Shown here: one piece after another, positions 23,783 through 37,411 of the stretch | Layout: each line of letters begins with the position of its first letter | How positions within the stretch are numbered: position 1 is the stretch's first letter | NCBI GenBank assembly: GCA_038087875.1 | Contig: CM075987.1 | Span: 23,500,001-23,564,000, forward strand | Origin: Malacoraja senta | Taxonomy: Eukaryota | Length of the DNA stretch: 64,000 nucleotides | Direction of reading: 5' to 3' | Notes under the pieces: model-generated | Database searches by the model: none | Told to the model about the DNA's origin: nothing | Seen by the model: only the letters and a program-made list of their open reading frames with translations | Position numbers and translations under genes: made by a program

Positions 23783-26088
23783 CTGTAACACAAGAGCGAA
23801 ATAAGAAATTTTAAAAAATGTTCCTGAAGTGACAGAAAGGACCTCTTCGAAACCATGTTATGCAGTCAATGCTAGCCCACCCTTCCCCGTGTGAAACAGA
23901 CATATACGGACACCAGGTGATAAAATAGGAAGCATCGCGAATATAGAGAATAACAGCCGCATTCTTTATTCAATACACAAGGATAGAGATCAGCATTTTA
24001 GAACTGCATTGACATTCCTTCTTCCAAAGAAATTCTATTGCTTTCATGATGCTGCCACGTAACATCAGATTAAGTCCCCCTTCTGTTTGCTCCTGAAGTA
24101 CAGGACTCAGGGAACCATTTTGGATGGAGGCTGGTGAACTTGCGAGGCCCTCTCACACAGGGTGGGACATGTGGGCTCTACCCAAGCAGGACTGGTGGAA
24201 CGAGAAGATAAACAGGGTTTTCTGGATACCCACAAAATGTTGGAGTAACTCAGCGGAACGGGCAGCATCTCTGGAGAGAATGGGTAATGTTTCGGGTCAA
24301 TACCCTTCTTCAGACTGAGCTCGACCTGAAGCCCAATGCTTCTCTCCAGGGATGCTGCCTGTCCCTCTGAGTTACTCCGACAATTTGTGTCTATCTTCCG
24401 TGTAATCTGCAGCTCCTTCCAATACATTACTGGATAGGGATGAGGAGCTGGATACTTTCCTCCTGCCCCATCGACCCTCTAACGTAGGGGAACTAATTCC
24501 CCAACGCCAAAATTCCCTTCCCCAACTGAGAACCGGAGAACGAAAGTCAGTGCACTCAGCAAACGGCCAGGGAACGTTGAGTTTTCTTGCTGTGTGCAAA
24601 GGTTAACTAATAGAATTTAAAGTCTTTGGGAATCTTGATAATAAAAATAACGAGAAAAGCACAAAGCACACACACAGCGCATGTTTTCATCAGCACCCTT
24701 TCAAGGGAATGTGTTTTGAACATTGTCAATTGCAGTGTTTCAGTGGCAGCTTGCCTCACCTAACAGTTGTGTACTTACAGCAAGTCCTTGAAAATACTAA
24801 GGGCTTTAGAGAATGTTGTAATTAATTTGTTCTCCCTTGAACAAGCAGTACATTGCATACAATTCTGGAATGTCGAGTTGCCCAACCTACCTCAAAAGAA
24901 AAAAACAATGCAACCTCTGACTGCATACATTACTTCATAAATGCAGTGAATCTCAACTCTGCATAATGTATTGAAACACCCTTGGTCAAAATGACAAACT
25001 ACCCAGTAATCCCTCTGTGACTTTCACCACCAGCCTTTTTGCCACTCTAGTCACATCTGCAGGTTATGATAGCTTTCAACACTGCAGAGATAGATTCTTG
25101 GTTAGTACAGGTGTCAGAGGTTATGAGGAGAAGGCAGGAGAACGTGGTTAGGAGGGTGAGATAGATCAGCCATGATTGAATGGTGGAGTAGACTTGATGG
25201 GCCAAATGGCCAAATTCTATTCCTATCACTTATGACCTTATGAACACCAGGCAGTCCATATTAAATCAGCTTAATCGCCATATTAAAGGCACTGTTACCG
25301 TTCCAATCTGACTTATTCCACACCCACCTTGGGGTAACAAAATCTTTATCACTGTGAACAATCAGAAAACTGATGAAGGATTTTCAGTCTGAAACATGAA
25401 GTCTGTTTCTCTCTCCACAGATGCTGCCTAACCTGCTGCTTGTTTGAACATTTTCTCTTTTAGTTCCTTAATACAATGGATTTGTACATGTTCTCCGATT
25501 TCACCCCACAGTTTGTTAGGGGCCTACATATTGTCGATTGTGTTAAATCAATAATTACAGCAAATGGCCCTGGTCTCCATGCCCCTGATTTATATACCAA
25601 AAAGAACAAGTCAGTAAATCCCTGGGTAACGTTACATCAACATCCTAGGGCATGTGCACTTCTGGATTACATTCATCCCACATTTAGGGAGATGCAGCTA
25701 ATAGAACTGGCAACTCATATTTCAGTGAGCCAGATTCAATCTTGACCTCTGGTGCTATCTGTGTGCAGTCAATATGTTCTCCCTTCTAGTTTCCTCCCAT
25801 GCCCCAAAACGTACATGTTGTTAGTTAACTGGCCTTAGTAAGTTACCCTCTTGTGTAGAATAGCAATAGAACCCTGCGGGGGTGGGGGTTGGAAAGAGGG
25901 TGATGGAGGTAGATGACGCCAATGAATGGGAAATAAAATGAGTCAGAGTGGGATGAGTATAGATTTTATTGATGTTGGAGCAGAGTTGGTAGGACCAAGG
26001 TGCAGAGCTCCATGATTCCATTCTGGAGGCACTAACCTGGTTTAAATACAGTCCTTGTCTAAGTCTGCCTTTGACACAACCATGGTAA

Positions 26089-26416
26089 CAGCCCTGTCCC
26101 GCGGTACAAATTCATTCCAAGAGCACTCCCGAGTTTGCCCCGATTCGAACTCGGAGATTTACGGTAAAGGCCACTCGTCGGTACTCGGGGCTCTCGTGGA
26201 CATTTTTCAACATGTTGAAAAATCTTCACGAGTCTTCCCGTGCTTACCTGCCATTAGCGAGTCTTCCCGAGTACCCGCTGTTAGCGTTACGAGCATCTAA
26301 GAGACGTCCCCGAGCTCCGACGTACCCGCTACGTTCATTCTCTGTACTTACGAGTTTGATTTTTTTTTTAACTCGAAGGAGCTCTTGGAATGAACTCGTA
26401 CCGTGGGACAGGGCTT
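26089..26416. mobile_element. MITE, Harbinger-like; inverted relative of the 62530-62838 copy
   Basis: TIR agccctgtccc.cggtac / gtaccgtgggacagggct; interior is the approximate reverse complement of the 62.5 kb element. Confidence 0.75.
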
Positions 26417-26916
26417 GGGAACATAGTTTACAACTAATATTTTCAACATTTAAAGCAATTCAGTTAACAGACTTTGCCCAGGCATGACAAGGGCGTGGCC
26501 GGTGAGCTGAATCCCACAGCACAATATAAATGCTCTAGCTATTTTTTTTAGAGAAATAGCTGGTGTAGTCCTACCTTGGAGTTCTTCATTACTTTAAAAT
26601 TACTCAAACTGAATTATCTTTCTACTCCTCCAGTTAACATTGTCACAATGATCCTAATTATCGGAACTTAGGCTCAGGATCTGAAGGGCAGACTCTATGT
26701 TTGCGATTAGATTATTTTAATACTATTTAAAACATAAGGTGTCATGTCTATCTGAATAATTCTATCCTTGAACATTTTGGTCAGCATGGTCACATCTATA
26801 TAATGAACTTACAGAAGGAAACTACTGCAGATGTCGGAAAGCTGAAATAAGAGCACAAAATGTTCGAATTACTCAGCAGATGAGGCAGCATTTCAGCAGA
26901 GGTAAAAGAGTTAGCA

Positions 26917-27508
26917 CAGGGGTGGGGAACCTGCGGCCTTCTAGGCCATTGAGTGTGGGCTTTTGAATGAATCCAAATTTTGTAGAACAAATCCTTTTAT
27001 TTGTATTTAAGAAGGAATTTCAGATGCTGGAAAATCGAAGGTAGACAAAAATGCTGGAGAAACTCAACGGATGAGGCAGCATCTATGGAGCGAAGGAAAT
27101 AGGCGACGTTTCGGGTCAGGACCCTTCTTCAGGTCAGGTCTGAAGAAGGGTCTCGGCCCGAAACGTCGCCTACTTCCTTCGCTCCATAGATGCTGCCTCA
27201 CCCGCTGAGTTTCTCCAGCATTTTTGTCTACCTTTTATTTTCATTAATATCTTTTTGTTCGTCTTTTATTATTTTTATTTAAATCTTAAAATGAACGTAT
27301 TTAAAATACCAAAGAGTAAAAGAAGATTCAACGAAATAATCCTCCCCGACTGACGGCCACAATTAAAACATTAGTAAGTCATGAGGGCTATTTTAACAAA
27401 ATAATGTACATTTTGAAGCATATCTAATTGAAGTTTCTTGGATGCGGCCTTATTAGATTACAGCTAACTTAAAGCGGCATTCCAACATGAAAAGGTTCCC
27501 CACCCCTG
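26917..27508. mobile_element. Non-autonomous hAT (Charlie-like) DNA transposon
   Basis: Perfect 16-bp TIR CAGGGGTGGGGAACCT and perfect 8-bp TSD AGTTAGCA (26909-26916, 27509-27516). Confidence 0.9.
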
Positions 27509-29879
27509 AGTTAGCACTTCAGACTGATGACATTTCATCTGAACCATTCTGAAACATTACTTCTTTCCTCTCTTCAGCAACGTTGCCTCACCAAACCTGC
27601 TGTTTTGTTTCAGATTTTCAACATTGCAGTATTTTGCTCTGGGTGCTAAATTATGACCTCACTTTTCCGCTCACAAAAATGCCGCATGACATGTTAACTC
27701 GCTTTTTCAGCATTGTTCCAAATCAACTATGGCCTCTAGCTCGGTTTAGGCAGTACTCAGATCGCTGCACTTTGGTCTAGTCGTACTCAAAAAGAAAGCA
27801 AAGATCGGTCATTCATTTGGCATTTTTGGTTGAAGATGGCTGAAAACGTCGCCTATTTCCTTCGCTCCATAGATGCTGTTTTTTTTAAGGAAGGGGTCAT
27901 TGGGCATTGACCAAGACGAACAACAACTTCCCATCTCTAACGTGGGAGGGGGTAGAAAAAAAAATTGGACAGTGATTCGGAGCAGAAACCTAATCTAACT
28001 ATTTTTCTCCAACTCGGGATCACTGGACAATCATCAGGAGCAGCAACCTCTGCAGGCTCTCCTTCTAATCTCAGGAATCACTGGACACTATCAGGAGAAC
28101 TACTGTTTGTCTAAGCAGGGGGGGGGGGCACTCTACAACAGCCAAGAGTAAGGAGTAACCAGACAGCCTTCGTTAGCAAGGACCCTGCCCACCAACTTTC
28201 CACGAGGAAGGTACCACAACATCTACCTCATCTTTCGTGCCCAGATTTTCCACACATTTCATGTTCTCTTCAACATCTGAGCAATCCCTTCAGACCTATT
28301 CCCTATCTATTTCCTTATAACCTTTTTGTATGAAAGAGGGTCTTGATCCAAAACCACCTATTCCTTTTCTCCAGAGATGCTGCTTGACCCGCTGAGTTAC
28401 TCCTGCATTTTTGTGTCTATCTTCAACCGATTCTATCTTACACTCATCCATTCCATCCTGATTGTCCCACCACCCTCCTGCACCAGGGGTAGTTTAGAGT
28501 AGATAATTAACCCACCAAAAAGGACATCTTTGGGTGGAAGCCAGAACACCCGAGAAAACCACATGATCACAGGAAGAATGTGCAAACTCCACGTGGCACT
28601 GAGGTTAAGTTTGTACCCAAGTCTCTAGATATGTAAGTAAGTAAGTAAATTGTATTTATTTAGCACGTTTTAAATCCTCGCGTTGAAACCAAAGTGCTTT
28701 ACATAAAAGAAATAATAAAAGAAATAATAGTTTCCATACATCCATAGAAAAATTAAAAATCAGAAAAATGACACAACACATTACAGAATTCAACAAGAAC
28801 GTCCCCCCACAACAGAATCAAAATTTTCCACTGTGGGGAAAGGCAACAAAAAGTTAAGTCCTCTTCCTCTGTGAAACACCCGAGGTCGGGGCCTATTTGT
28901 GGCCTCCGCAGCCAGTCCGATGTTTTCAGGCCCTCTTTTTGGGATATGTGAGGTAAAAGTCACCAGGCCTCTATCCATGTTACTCCATCCAAGGTCTAAG
29001 CAATCATTTATGAAGTTTTAGCAAAGTGTTTTTCATTTTAAAAAAGCATGCCTTATTCAAGCCACATGCTTATTAAACACTTTATCAACATGTCCTGCCA
29101 CCAGTAAGAAATTATTTCCCCGGTCTGTCTGCTCATCTACTCTTTTCACAATGGTGCCATTTGAAAGTAGGATAGAAACGTAGAAGAATCTTGCACCAAA
29201 ACAAGGAGAAAAACAGGTTAACTTGGTCCTGTGCCCAGAAACAGAAGACCAATGACTCAAGCCAAAAAAATCACATTCCTCATGGGATATAATCGTTCAT
29301 AAATTAATTCTTCACAATAATCAAATTGCAGCAATTGAAACCGTCAAGTCTACAAAGGGCTTCAGTGATTCATTATAAAGAAATCATTATATAAACTGAG
29401 GACAGGAGGGGCTGAACTGAAGCTAATGTTAAGAGTTAGACGACAACAAAAAAGTTCAGGAGTAACTCAGCAGGTCAGGCAGCATCTCTGGAAGACATGG
29501 ATTGGTAACGTTTGGGGTTGGGACCCTTCGTCGATTCAGTTTAGTTTATTGTCACGTGGACCGAGGTACAGTGAAAAGCCTTTGTTGCGTGCTAACCAGA
29601 CAGCGGAAAGACAATGCGTGATTACAATCGAGCCACTCACAGAGATCCAGACTAGAGAAATGGTGAATGAGGGCAAGACAAGAATAGAAGATAGCCCAGG
29701 GCAGGGAAGTGTAGAGGGTAAGTCATCCAAAGGAATTGAGGAGAAAGGTAGCAATACGGAAAGAAAGGGAAGTTGACCCATGGAAGAAAGGTCAAACAGG
29801 GTGAAGGGGAGTCAGCAGGAAACAGGAGGTGACCATGTGCATTTTAATTATTCCCAGTGCAGCGCGCCTTTAAGAGTCA

Positions 29880-31020
29880 CTAAAATAGGTGGTATCGCAG
29901 ATAATGAAGGAGATGATCAGGAATCTTGATCAGCTGGGTAAGTGGGCCACGGAATGCAAAATGGAGTTTAATTCAGATAAGTGTGAGGTGTTTCATTTTG
30001 GGAAGTCAAATCAGAGAAGGACCTTCACAGTGATCAGCATGTCTCTGGGGCTCATTATAGAACAGAGGGACACAGTTCCCTGAAAGTGGCATCACTGGTG
30101 GACAGGGTGGCTTCTGTCATGCTGGCCTTCATCGGTAAGGGTACCGAGTATAGAATTTGGGCATTTTGTTGCCGTTTAGAGATATGTGGGAACATGCCCT
30201 TCGCCCACCGAGTCCACGCTGACGAATAATCAAGAAATACATTAGTTCTATCCTACACTCTAGGGACAATTGAATGAAGCCAGTAAACCTACAAACCCGC
30301 ACGTCTTTGCAATGCGGGAGGAAACCGGAACACCCGGAGGAAACCCACGCGATCACAGGGAGAATGTGCAAACTTCGTACAGATAGCACCTGTAGTCAAG
30401 ATCGAACCTGGGTCTCTGGTCTCTGTAAGGTTGTGCAAGGCATTGGTGAAGCTGCATTTTGGAGCAATGCGTTTAATTTTGGTCACACTGCTATAGAAAA
30501 GATGCGATTAAAGCTGTAAAGAGTGCAGAAAAGGTTTTTGGGGACGTTGCCAGGACTCAAGGGACTGAGTTAAAGGGAGAGGTTGGGCAGGCCGTGACTT
30601 TATTCCATGGAGTGCAGCAGACTGAGAGGTGCTCTTCTAGAAGTGTATAACATCTTGAGGGGCATAGATCAATGCACAGTCTTTTTCACACAGTTGGTCA
30701 ATTGAGAACTAGAGGGCATAGGTTTTAAGGTGCAGAGGGAAAATTTCCGCTGGAACTTGAGGGGCAACTTTTTCCTCTCAGAGTAGTGTGTATATGGAAC
30801 AAGCTGCCAGAAGAAGTGATTAATAATAATAATAATAGATTTTATTTATATAGCGCTTTTCAGGGCAGGTACAACATTCAAAATACATTTGAACAGGTAC
30901 ATGAATAGAAAAAAGGATTAGAGTGATCTGGGTCAAAACACAGTAAAATGGGACAAGTTTAGATGGGCATCTGGTTTGGCAGGCACAGGTTGGGCTGAAA
31001 GGACTGTTTTCATGCTGCAT
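29880..31020 (+). mobile_element. Degraded CR1-type LINE with a nested HE1 SINE (about 30175-30430, minus)
   Basis: LDQLGKWATECKMEFNSDKCEVFHFGKSN; CR1 tail gggctgaaaggactgtttt. Confidence 0.8.
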
Positions 31021-32847
31021 GGCTATGTTTCTGTGGCATCCATGATGGGAGGAAAGCTCATTGTGGACAGTGAAGTGTTTTTTATGGAGTGTGAATGTCT
31101 CACGTTCTCTATGAATGGGTGTCCTTCCAATATTTAATTCAGTTTTGTCGTTGCAGTTAAATGATGGGAGACGCAAAATCTGATACTGTCGGGATACAAG
31201 AATGAAAGAACCAAACTAAAATCAACCTGAGAGAAGAGTGGAGACACACGAGTGTGATTAAATTGGAAGACAAAGGGTCTGATCACCTAAGCAATGGATT
31301 GAATTAACAGTTTAAATTTTCATTCACCTCATGCCAAAACTGAGAGCTGCTGATAGACACACAAAGACAGGTATTGCACAGGATTGATTTAGAACCAATC
31401 TAAAAAGTTACATAGAATAAGCAGGCCTAATAAGGGACAATTTAATTACAGCTCTGCTGCGGTCTGAGTGCTCATGCCTGGGCTTGACCGTCCTACTTAC
31501 TCTTCTGTGACAGTGAAATAAAGACAGGACAAGATGAGAAACGCAAGCCAAGCCCGTCTATCAACTTCGGATGTGCAATAAGGAAAAGTGCTGTGCTGTT
31601 GAATACACTATGACCTGTTTTGAATACATAACACTTCAAAGATACCCTCTGCTGAAAGTTAACAAATTAGCTGCAGCCATAAATACTGCATGCTCCTGGT
31701 GATCATGGCAAAAGGGGCTGGAGTTAAGAGGAGCTGAGGTTAAAAGAGGTGGAAGGCAGAGGGGAGGCATTAGACATTCTGCAGTGTGCAACAAAAACAT
31801 GTTAGCGTTTTTGTTGGTTAACAAGCTGAATGAATCATTTTAGAAACAATTCTAATGGACCTCCATTGGAAAATATTGTTATATTATTTAAAAAATATAC
31901 ACTTTCAACAGCTCTTTAAGTAGGCCATGGAGGAAGAGATAGAAGTGGAAAGGAGGTTGTTACTATGCAGAAAGAAAGGTTTACAAAACCCTATGTGTAG
32001 GAAAGAACTGCAGATCCCGGTTTAAATCGAAGATAGACACAAAGTGCTGGAGTAACTCAGCGGGACAGAATGCTGCCTGTCCCGCTGAGTTAATCCAGCA
32101 TTTTGTGTCTATTTACAAAACCCTATTTTCCTTTATTAATATATAATCTTCAAGACATTATCATTAGCTTGCAAAGACCAAGTACTTCAGCTCAGTCAGA
32201 TACGACACATTGTTCAGCTGGGGTCTGTGCAGTTTAGTTAATGTGGCCATTAACAATGACCGTCTGAATTACAGGGGAAATGCTTTGGTTCACCATCTTT
32301 CTGTTCCTTGGTGATATTTACAGATCAGCAAAATGCTTTGGAAAGATTTGTTCTGTGACAGATATTGTACTAAAAGGAGTCAGCTGAGTGCAAGAGGAAT
32401 GAATCTGGGGATTGAAGACCGGGACAGTTTGACAAGCCCTCCCCTGACAGTCAATACTTCTTCCAACAGGCATGTAATCTTCAACAAAACATCACTTGTT
32501 TTATGAGAGGGAGAGAAGAGGGGGGATGTCAATAGAGCACGTCATAGCAACATCAGTTGCAGAGTAAAGCTCACCCTGAACCGTAACCCTAATGTGTCGA
32601 ACGGAGTGAAGTAGACAGATCCATCAGCCACACACGACACGTGGGAACAACAAGATTCAAACTATTACACCATCTAAACTATTTCTCAATCGAAATGCAC
32701 TTGATGCAAATCATACTTCCAAGTATTCTCCTTTGCAATGCTTTATGGAAAGGGAAATAGAATGTAAATAAAAATCACACCATTGATTGCTATCTATGAA
32801 CACTTAATGTGCTCCTTCGTACGTGAATCATGTGTCGTGCCGTACCT

Positions 32848-33153
32848 TGGGTGGCGAGGTGGTGGAGCAGTAGAGCTACTGCATTACAGAGCCAGAGACC
32901 CAGGCTCGATCCTGAACACGGGTGCTGTCTGCATGGGGTTTGTACGTTCTCCCCGTGACCTGCGAGGGTTTTATCAGAGATCTTTGGCTTCCTCCCACAC
33001 TCAAAAGCCGTGCAGGTTTGTAGGTTAATTGGCCTACAAGTATAAGTGTAAATTGTCCCTAGTGTGTGTGGGATAGTGTTGGTGTGTGGGGATCGTTGGT
33101 TGGCGCGGATTCGGTGAGCCAAAGGGCCCGTTTCCACGCTAAACTAAACTAAA
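32848..33153 (+). mobile_element. HE1/V-type SINE flanked by diverged direct repeats of about 180 bp
   Basis: SINE family match; flanks 32660-32840 and 33161-33345 are similar to each other. Confidence 0.8.
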
Positions 33154-33976
33154 ATAAACAAACTACTACACTACCTAAACGATCCCTGAAACAGAGGGCA
33201 AGTAAAACACATTTGATGCAAATTACACCAAGTATTTCCCTTTGCAATGGTTTGAGGAAAGGGAAATAGTATGTAAAAAAAAAAACTTACACCCCTGTGC
33301 TATCTATGAACACCTAATATGCTCCTGCATGCGTGAATTATGTGTTTCGCATGCACCTCAGCTATTCCAGATTGGTACGATACATGGCCGTCAAATGGCC
33401 TAGTCAATACTCAATCTTCACACATTATAAATGAGAATGAGGCATCAAATGGTACCACTATGTCCGAGCCTTGAACCCGAAAGTCACCATTCCCATGCTC
33501 ACTGACTGACAATGGCTCCCAGGCCCAGGAAACATTATCCACATTTACAAATTTCCCCGCTTGACTCACTCCTCAAGATCGCTACTCTCTCACAGCCCCT
33601 CAAATGTTTGAGATGTCTGCACTTCTCCACCTCTGAGCTTTGTCGTCCCATCATCCTCAGCCTTTATGCAGCTGCACAGATCCTAACATGACAGAATTTC
33701 CTCCATAAACATCTTGAGCTCCCGGTCGTTAAGACGTTTGAACTCTCCTCCTCATTCCCACACTGATATGTCTGTTCTCGGTCTCCTCTGCCGCCAGGGT
33801 GAGGCCAAATGCAACTCTTGGGTGCTCAACAGCCTGAAGATTGAGGTCTCCAATCTCAGGTAATGCACCCCCCCCCCCCCCCCCACCCCCCCTGTTCAAT
33901 TCACTCTTCCTCTGAATGACACATGACCTCACACACACATTTCCCCTCCCAACCCATCCTGCCAGTGTCCTAAGAA

Positions 33977-34463
33977 GTGCAGCGTAGGTTTACAAGGTTA
34001 ATTCCCGGGATGGCGGGACTGTCATATGCTGAGAGAAAGGAGCAGCTGGGCTTGTACACTCTGGAGTTTAGAAGGATGAGAGGATATCTCATTGAAACAT
34101 ATAAGATTGTTAAGGGTTTGGACACGCTAGAGGCAGGAAACATGTTCCCGATGTTGGGGGAGTCCAGAACCAGGGGCCACAGTTTAAGAATAAAGAGTAA
34201 GCCATTTAGAACGGAGACGAGGAAACACTTTTTCTCACAGAGAGTGGTGAGTCTGTGGAATTCTCTGCCTCAGAGGGCGGTGCAGGCAGGTTCTCTGGAT
34301 GCTTTCAAGACAGAGCTAGATAGGGCTCTTAAAAATAGCAGAGTCAGGGGATATGGGGAGAAGGCAGGAACGGGGTACTGATTGGGGATGATCAGCCATG
34401 GTCACATTGAATAGCGGTGCTGGCTCGAAGGGCCGAATGGCCTACTCCTGCACCTATTGTCTA
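33977..34463 (+). mobile_element. CR1-type LINE 3' end (young subfamily)
   Basis: QRRFTRLIPGMAGLSYAER...RRMRGYLIETYKI...FFSQRVVSLWNSLP; almost the same peptide as 63440-63811. Confidence 0.9.
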
Positions 34464-36479
34464 TGCACTCAATCCACTGAGCCCCCCATGCCCTCTCTGT
34501 TGTTCCCAACTGTCCACCAATGATAGGCACATGCAGGGAATGGAGGGATATGGATTATGTGCAGGCAGATAAGAGTTGATCTTGGCATCATGTTCGGCAC
34601 AGACAATGTGGGCCGATGGGCCTGTTCCTGTTCTGTCCCTTATCTGGTTCCACTCGCCACCTTTTATCAGAGTCAATAATCCACAGCCCCTTGATGTCCT
34701 CACTTATCACCTCCCAGCATCTGTCCCCATCTCCACCCTCCCCTCCGCAACTCCATCAAACCCACCCCGCTCAACCACACTTGCCAGCCCCTGCCTCCAC
34801 CCTCACCCCTTGTTTCTTCACATGGCCATTTCCCCTCGACAGCCAGAGTCCTGATGCAGGGTCTGACCAGAAACGTTGACTATCTCCGTCTCCACTGATG
34901 CTGCCTGTCCACTGAGCAACTTTTTTGTTTCAGTCTGAAGAAGGGTCTCAACCCGAAACGTCGCCTATTTCCTTCGCTCCATAGATGCTGCCTCACCCGC
35001 TGAGTTTCTCCAGCATTTTTGTCTACCTTCGATTTTCCTGCATCTGCAGTTCCTTCTTAAAAACGTGTTGGTTTTTTTTGCTCGCATGACTAGTTAGCTT
35101 ATTCCCGATCATAATTCTTCTCACGTACTACCCACATTTTACTGTGGCCCGATAAAATGCAAAAATGCAATTCTAGCTGCATCCCATTTGGACCGACAAA
35201 ACTTAGAATGTCTGACAGTGCAGTGAAGAGAGGGAGCAAGGATTGAGAATTTCACGCAGTTTCATAACTTCACACACCAGAGCAACGTCTCACGGCTCGC
35301 AGTGAATTAAATCAAACACGATCAAATCACTGTTGCCATTCAAATGCTCGGATTATGCAATTGGTCAAGCATGTTCGAGAGGGGATGTCTGAAAAAAGAC
35401 GGTAGTTAAAGCAGAACAACAGACAATTTCCTGAAACTCCTGCAAATCGTCTACTTTAATTAGGATTGTGAGCGCTCTGAAAATTCAGACGTTAATAAAA
35501 GACAGAGACAGCCGAGTGTGTGTGGGTTGGGGGGGGGGGGGCTGAGAGTATGAGCTAACAAGCATGAGCAACACCTGCAGGCAATAAAACTCAGAGAGAA
35601 ACAGGAAGCCCAGGCCAGGGTTGCCCGGGAGGAGGTGCTGGTGACGCCAGCCAATTCATCTTGCTGCCGATTAGCAGGAGGCCTTCGCTGGGACAGGCTC
35701 CTAGCTCGCAGGCATACAGGAAGGCAGCTAATGAAACCCATAAGGGAGCTGTCTGAATCAGCATGGAGAATGGTATTCTTGGCACAGGCACTGCTCTGTA
35801 TTTATCCTGCTGACCTCATGCAAGCTTCCACACACAGTCGTCTCATGACTCTGTCATTTTGACTGCAGTAGTTCAGGAATGCCAGGGGTTCGAGGCCAGA
35901 ACAGGGGGTGGGAGGAAGGACAAGATCCTTGGCAATTTTTTAATTTTTTTTTTTTACCCAGCGCTGGCTTTCTGAGGTTAGCGAATGCCTTACTTGTGTG
36001 TTCGAGCACTACCCAGTGCTGTCGCGGGGGTGGGCGCAGTTCAGAAAGAAGAAAACGCTGCCCCAAGAAGCTATTTAAAAAGTGACAGCAATCTCACTTT
36101 TGCAACAGCACCTCACCTCATCTCAGCAACCCAGACTCCATTTGCTTAAGCTAAGGAAAAACATAAGAGATCCAAAGAAAAATGTATCCCATGTGTAGAT
36201 CAGGTTACAAGCTTGGCACACCACACCCCAACTCAGGGTCAGCAGGGTAACAACCCAGGCCACTCCACAGTCGAGTTCAGGAAAGATTCAGGCACAGGGA
36301 GCCAACTTGCCTCCTCGCCTCATGGTGGAAAATGAGGTACACCAGAAACCAACACAATTCACGAAGCACTCGCAATATATTTCAGGAACCCTTTAACTCC
36401 AGCTCGCAAGATCATCTGTCCTCTGGTCACTGCACAAGCAGGGCACTCCCCACCGTAGCACCAAGGACACTGTAGGGAC

Positions 36480-37120
36480 ACTCAATCCAGCTCTCTGTCT
36501 GCAGAGACCCGACCACTCTGTCACCCTGGCTCACTGTGGGATCCCAGGCAGCTATGCCTCAGCTCACTGAAATAACCCAGGCAGCCCTCTCCCCAGCTCA
36601 ACACAACAAACCACGGCACCCTCTCCCCAGTGTAATGTATGAACCTCAGCACCCCTCTCCCCAGCTCATATACAAACCCCAGCACCCCGCTCCCGGTACA
36701 ATACATGAACCCTGACACCTCTACCCCCAGCTCAATGCACGACCCCCAGCAGCCCTCTGCTCGGCAGAATACAGGACCCCAACATCCCTCTCCTCAGCTC
36801 ATGCAACAACCCAACTGCCCCCTCTCCTCTTAGCTCACGGCTAAATTTGACACCCCTTGCCCTCGCTCAATTGAGGAGGAAACAAGGTAGCCCTCTACAT
36901 TCCTGAGCAGGAACCGAAGCACCCATCAAACCTCAATCCCAGCAGGAACGCGGGTACCCTCATCCCCAGCTCACGGCAGGACACCGTGCAGCTTACACCC
37001 CCAGATTACTGCAGGAACTGGAGCACTCCCGTCCCTAGCTAACAGTGTCCACGTGAGCACCCCTTTACCTACACCACTGCAGGGACCTGGGTAGCTCTCT
37101 CCTGAGATCACTGCAGAATC
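36480..37120. repeat. Degenerate minisatellite, period about 33 bp
   Basis: Recurring cagcacccctctccccagctca..ca(t/g)gaaccc units. Confidence 0.65.
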
Positions 37121-37129
37121 CTAATCATC

Positions 37130-37143
37130 AGGTCATCAGGTCA
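37130..37143. promoter_or_regulatory. Perfect DR2 nuclear-receptor element AGGTCAtcAGGTCA (candidate RARE)
   Basis: Exact consensus half-sites with a 2-bp spacer; function not shown. Confidence 0.35.
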
Positions 37144-37227
37144 CCACGGCAACATAAGCACCCCAATTCCAAGCTCAGCCTCTGCAGGATTCAAAGTACA
37201 GGAATTTGGTGACAAAGAGAATTCGAA

Positions 37228-37397
37228 TCATAGAGTCATAGAATCATAGTGTGTGGAAATAGGCCCTCGGCCCAAGTCAGCCAACATGCCCCATCTAAAC
37301 GGGTCCCACCTGCCTGCTTTTGGCCCATATCCCTCTACACCTACCCTATCCATGTACCTGTCTAAATGCTTCTTAAATGCTGTGATAGTACCTGCCT
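37228..37397 (-). mobile_element. Short CR1-type LINE 3' end abutting the inverted exon copy
   Basis: [25 protein letters not shown] plus (CTATGACT) tail. Confidence 0.8.
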
Positions 37398-37411
37398 GGT
37401 GAGACCAAAGC

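Noticed and set aside
31636..31824. Pro/Ser-rich minus-strand ORF with an acceptor-like site as RXRA exon 2
   Set aside because: No recognisable similarity to the RXR A/B region and no SPQ|gt end.
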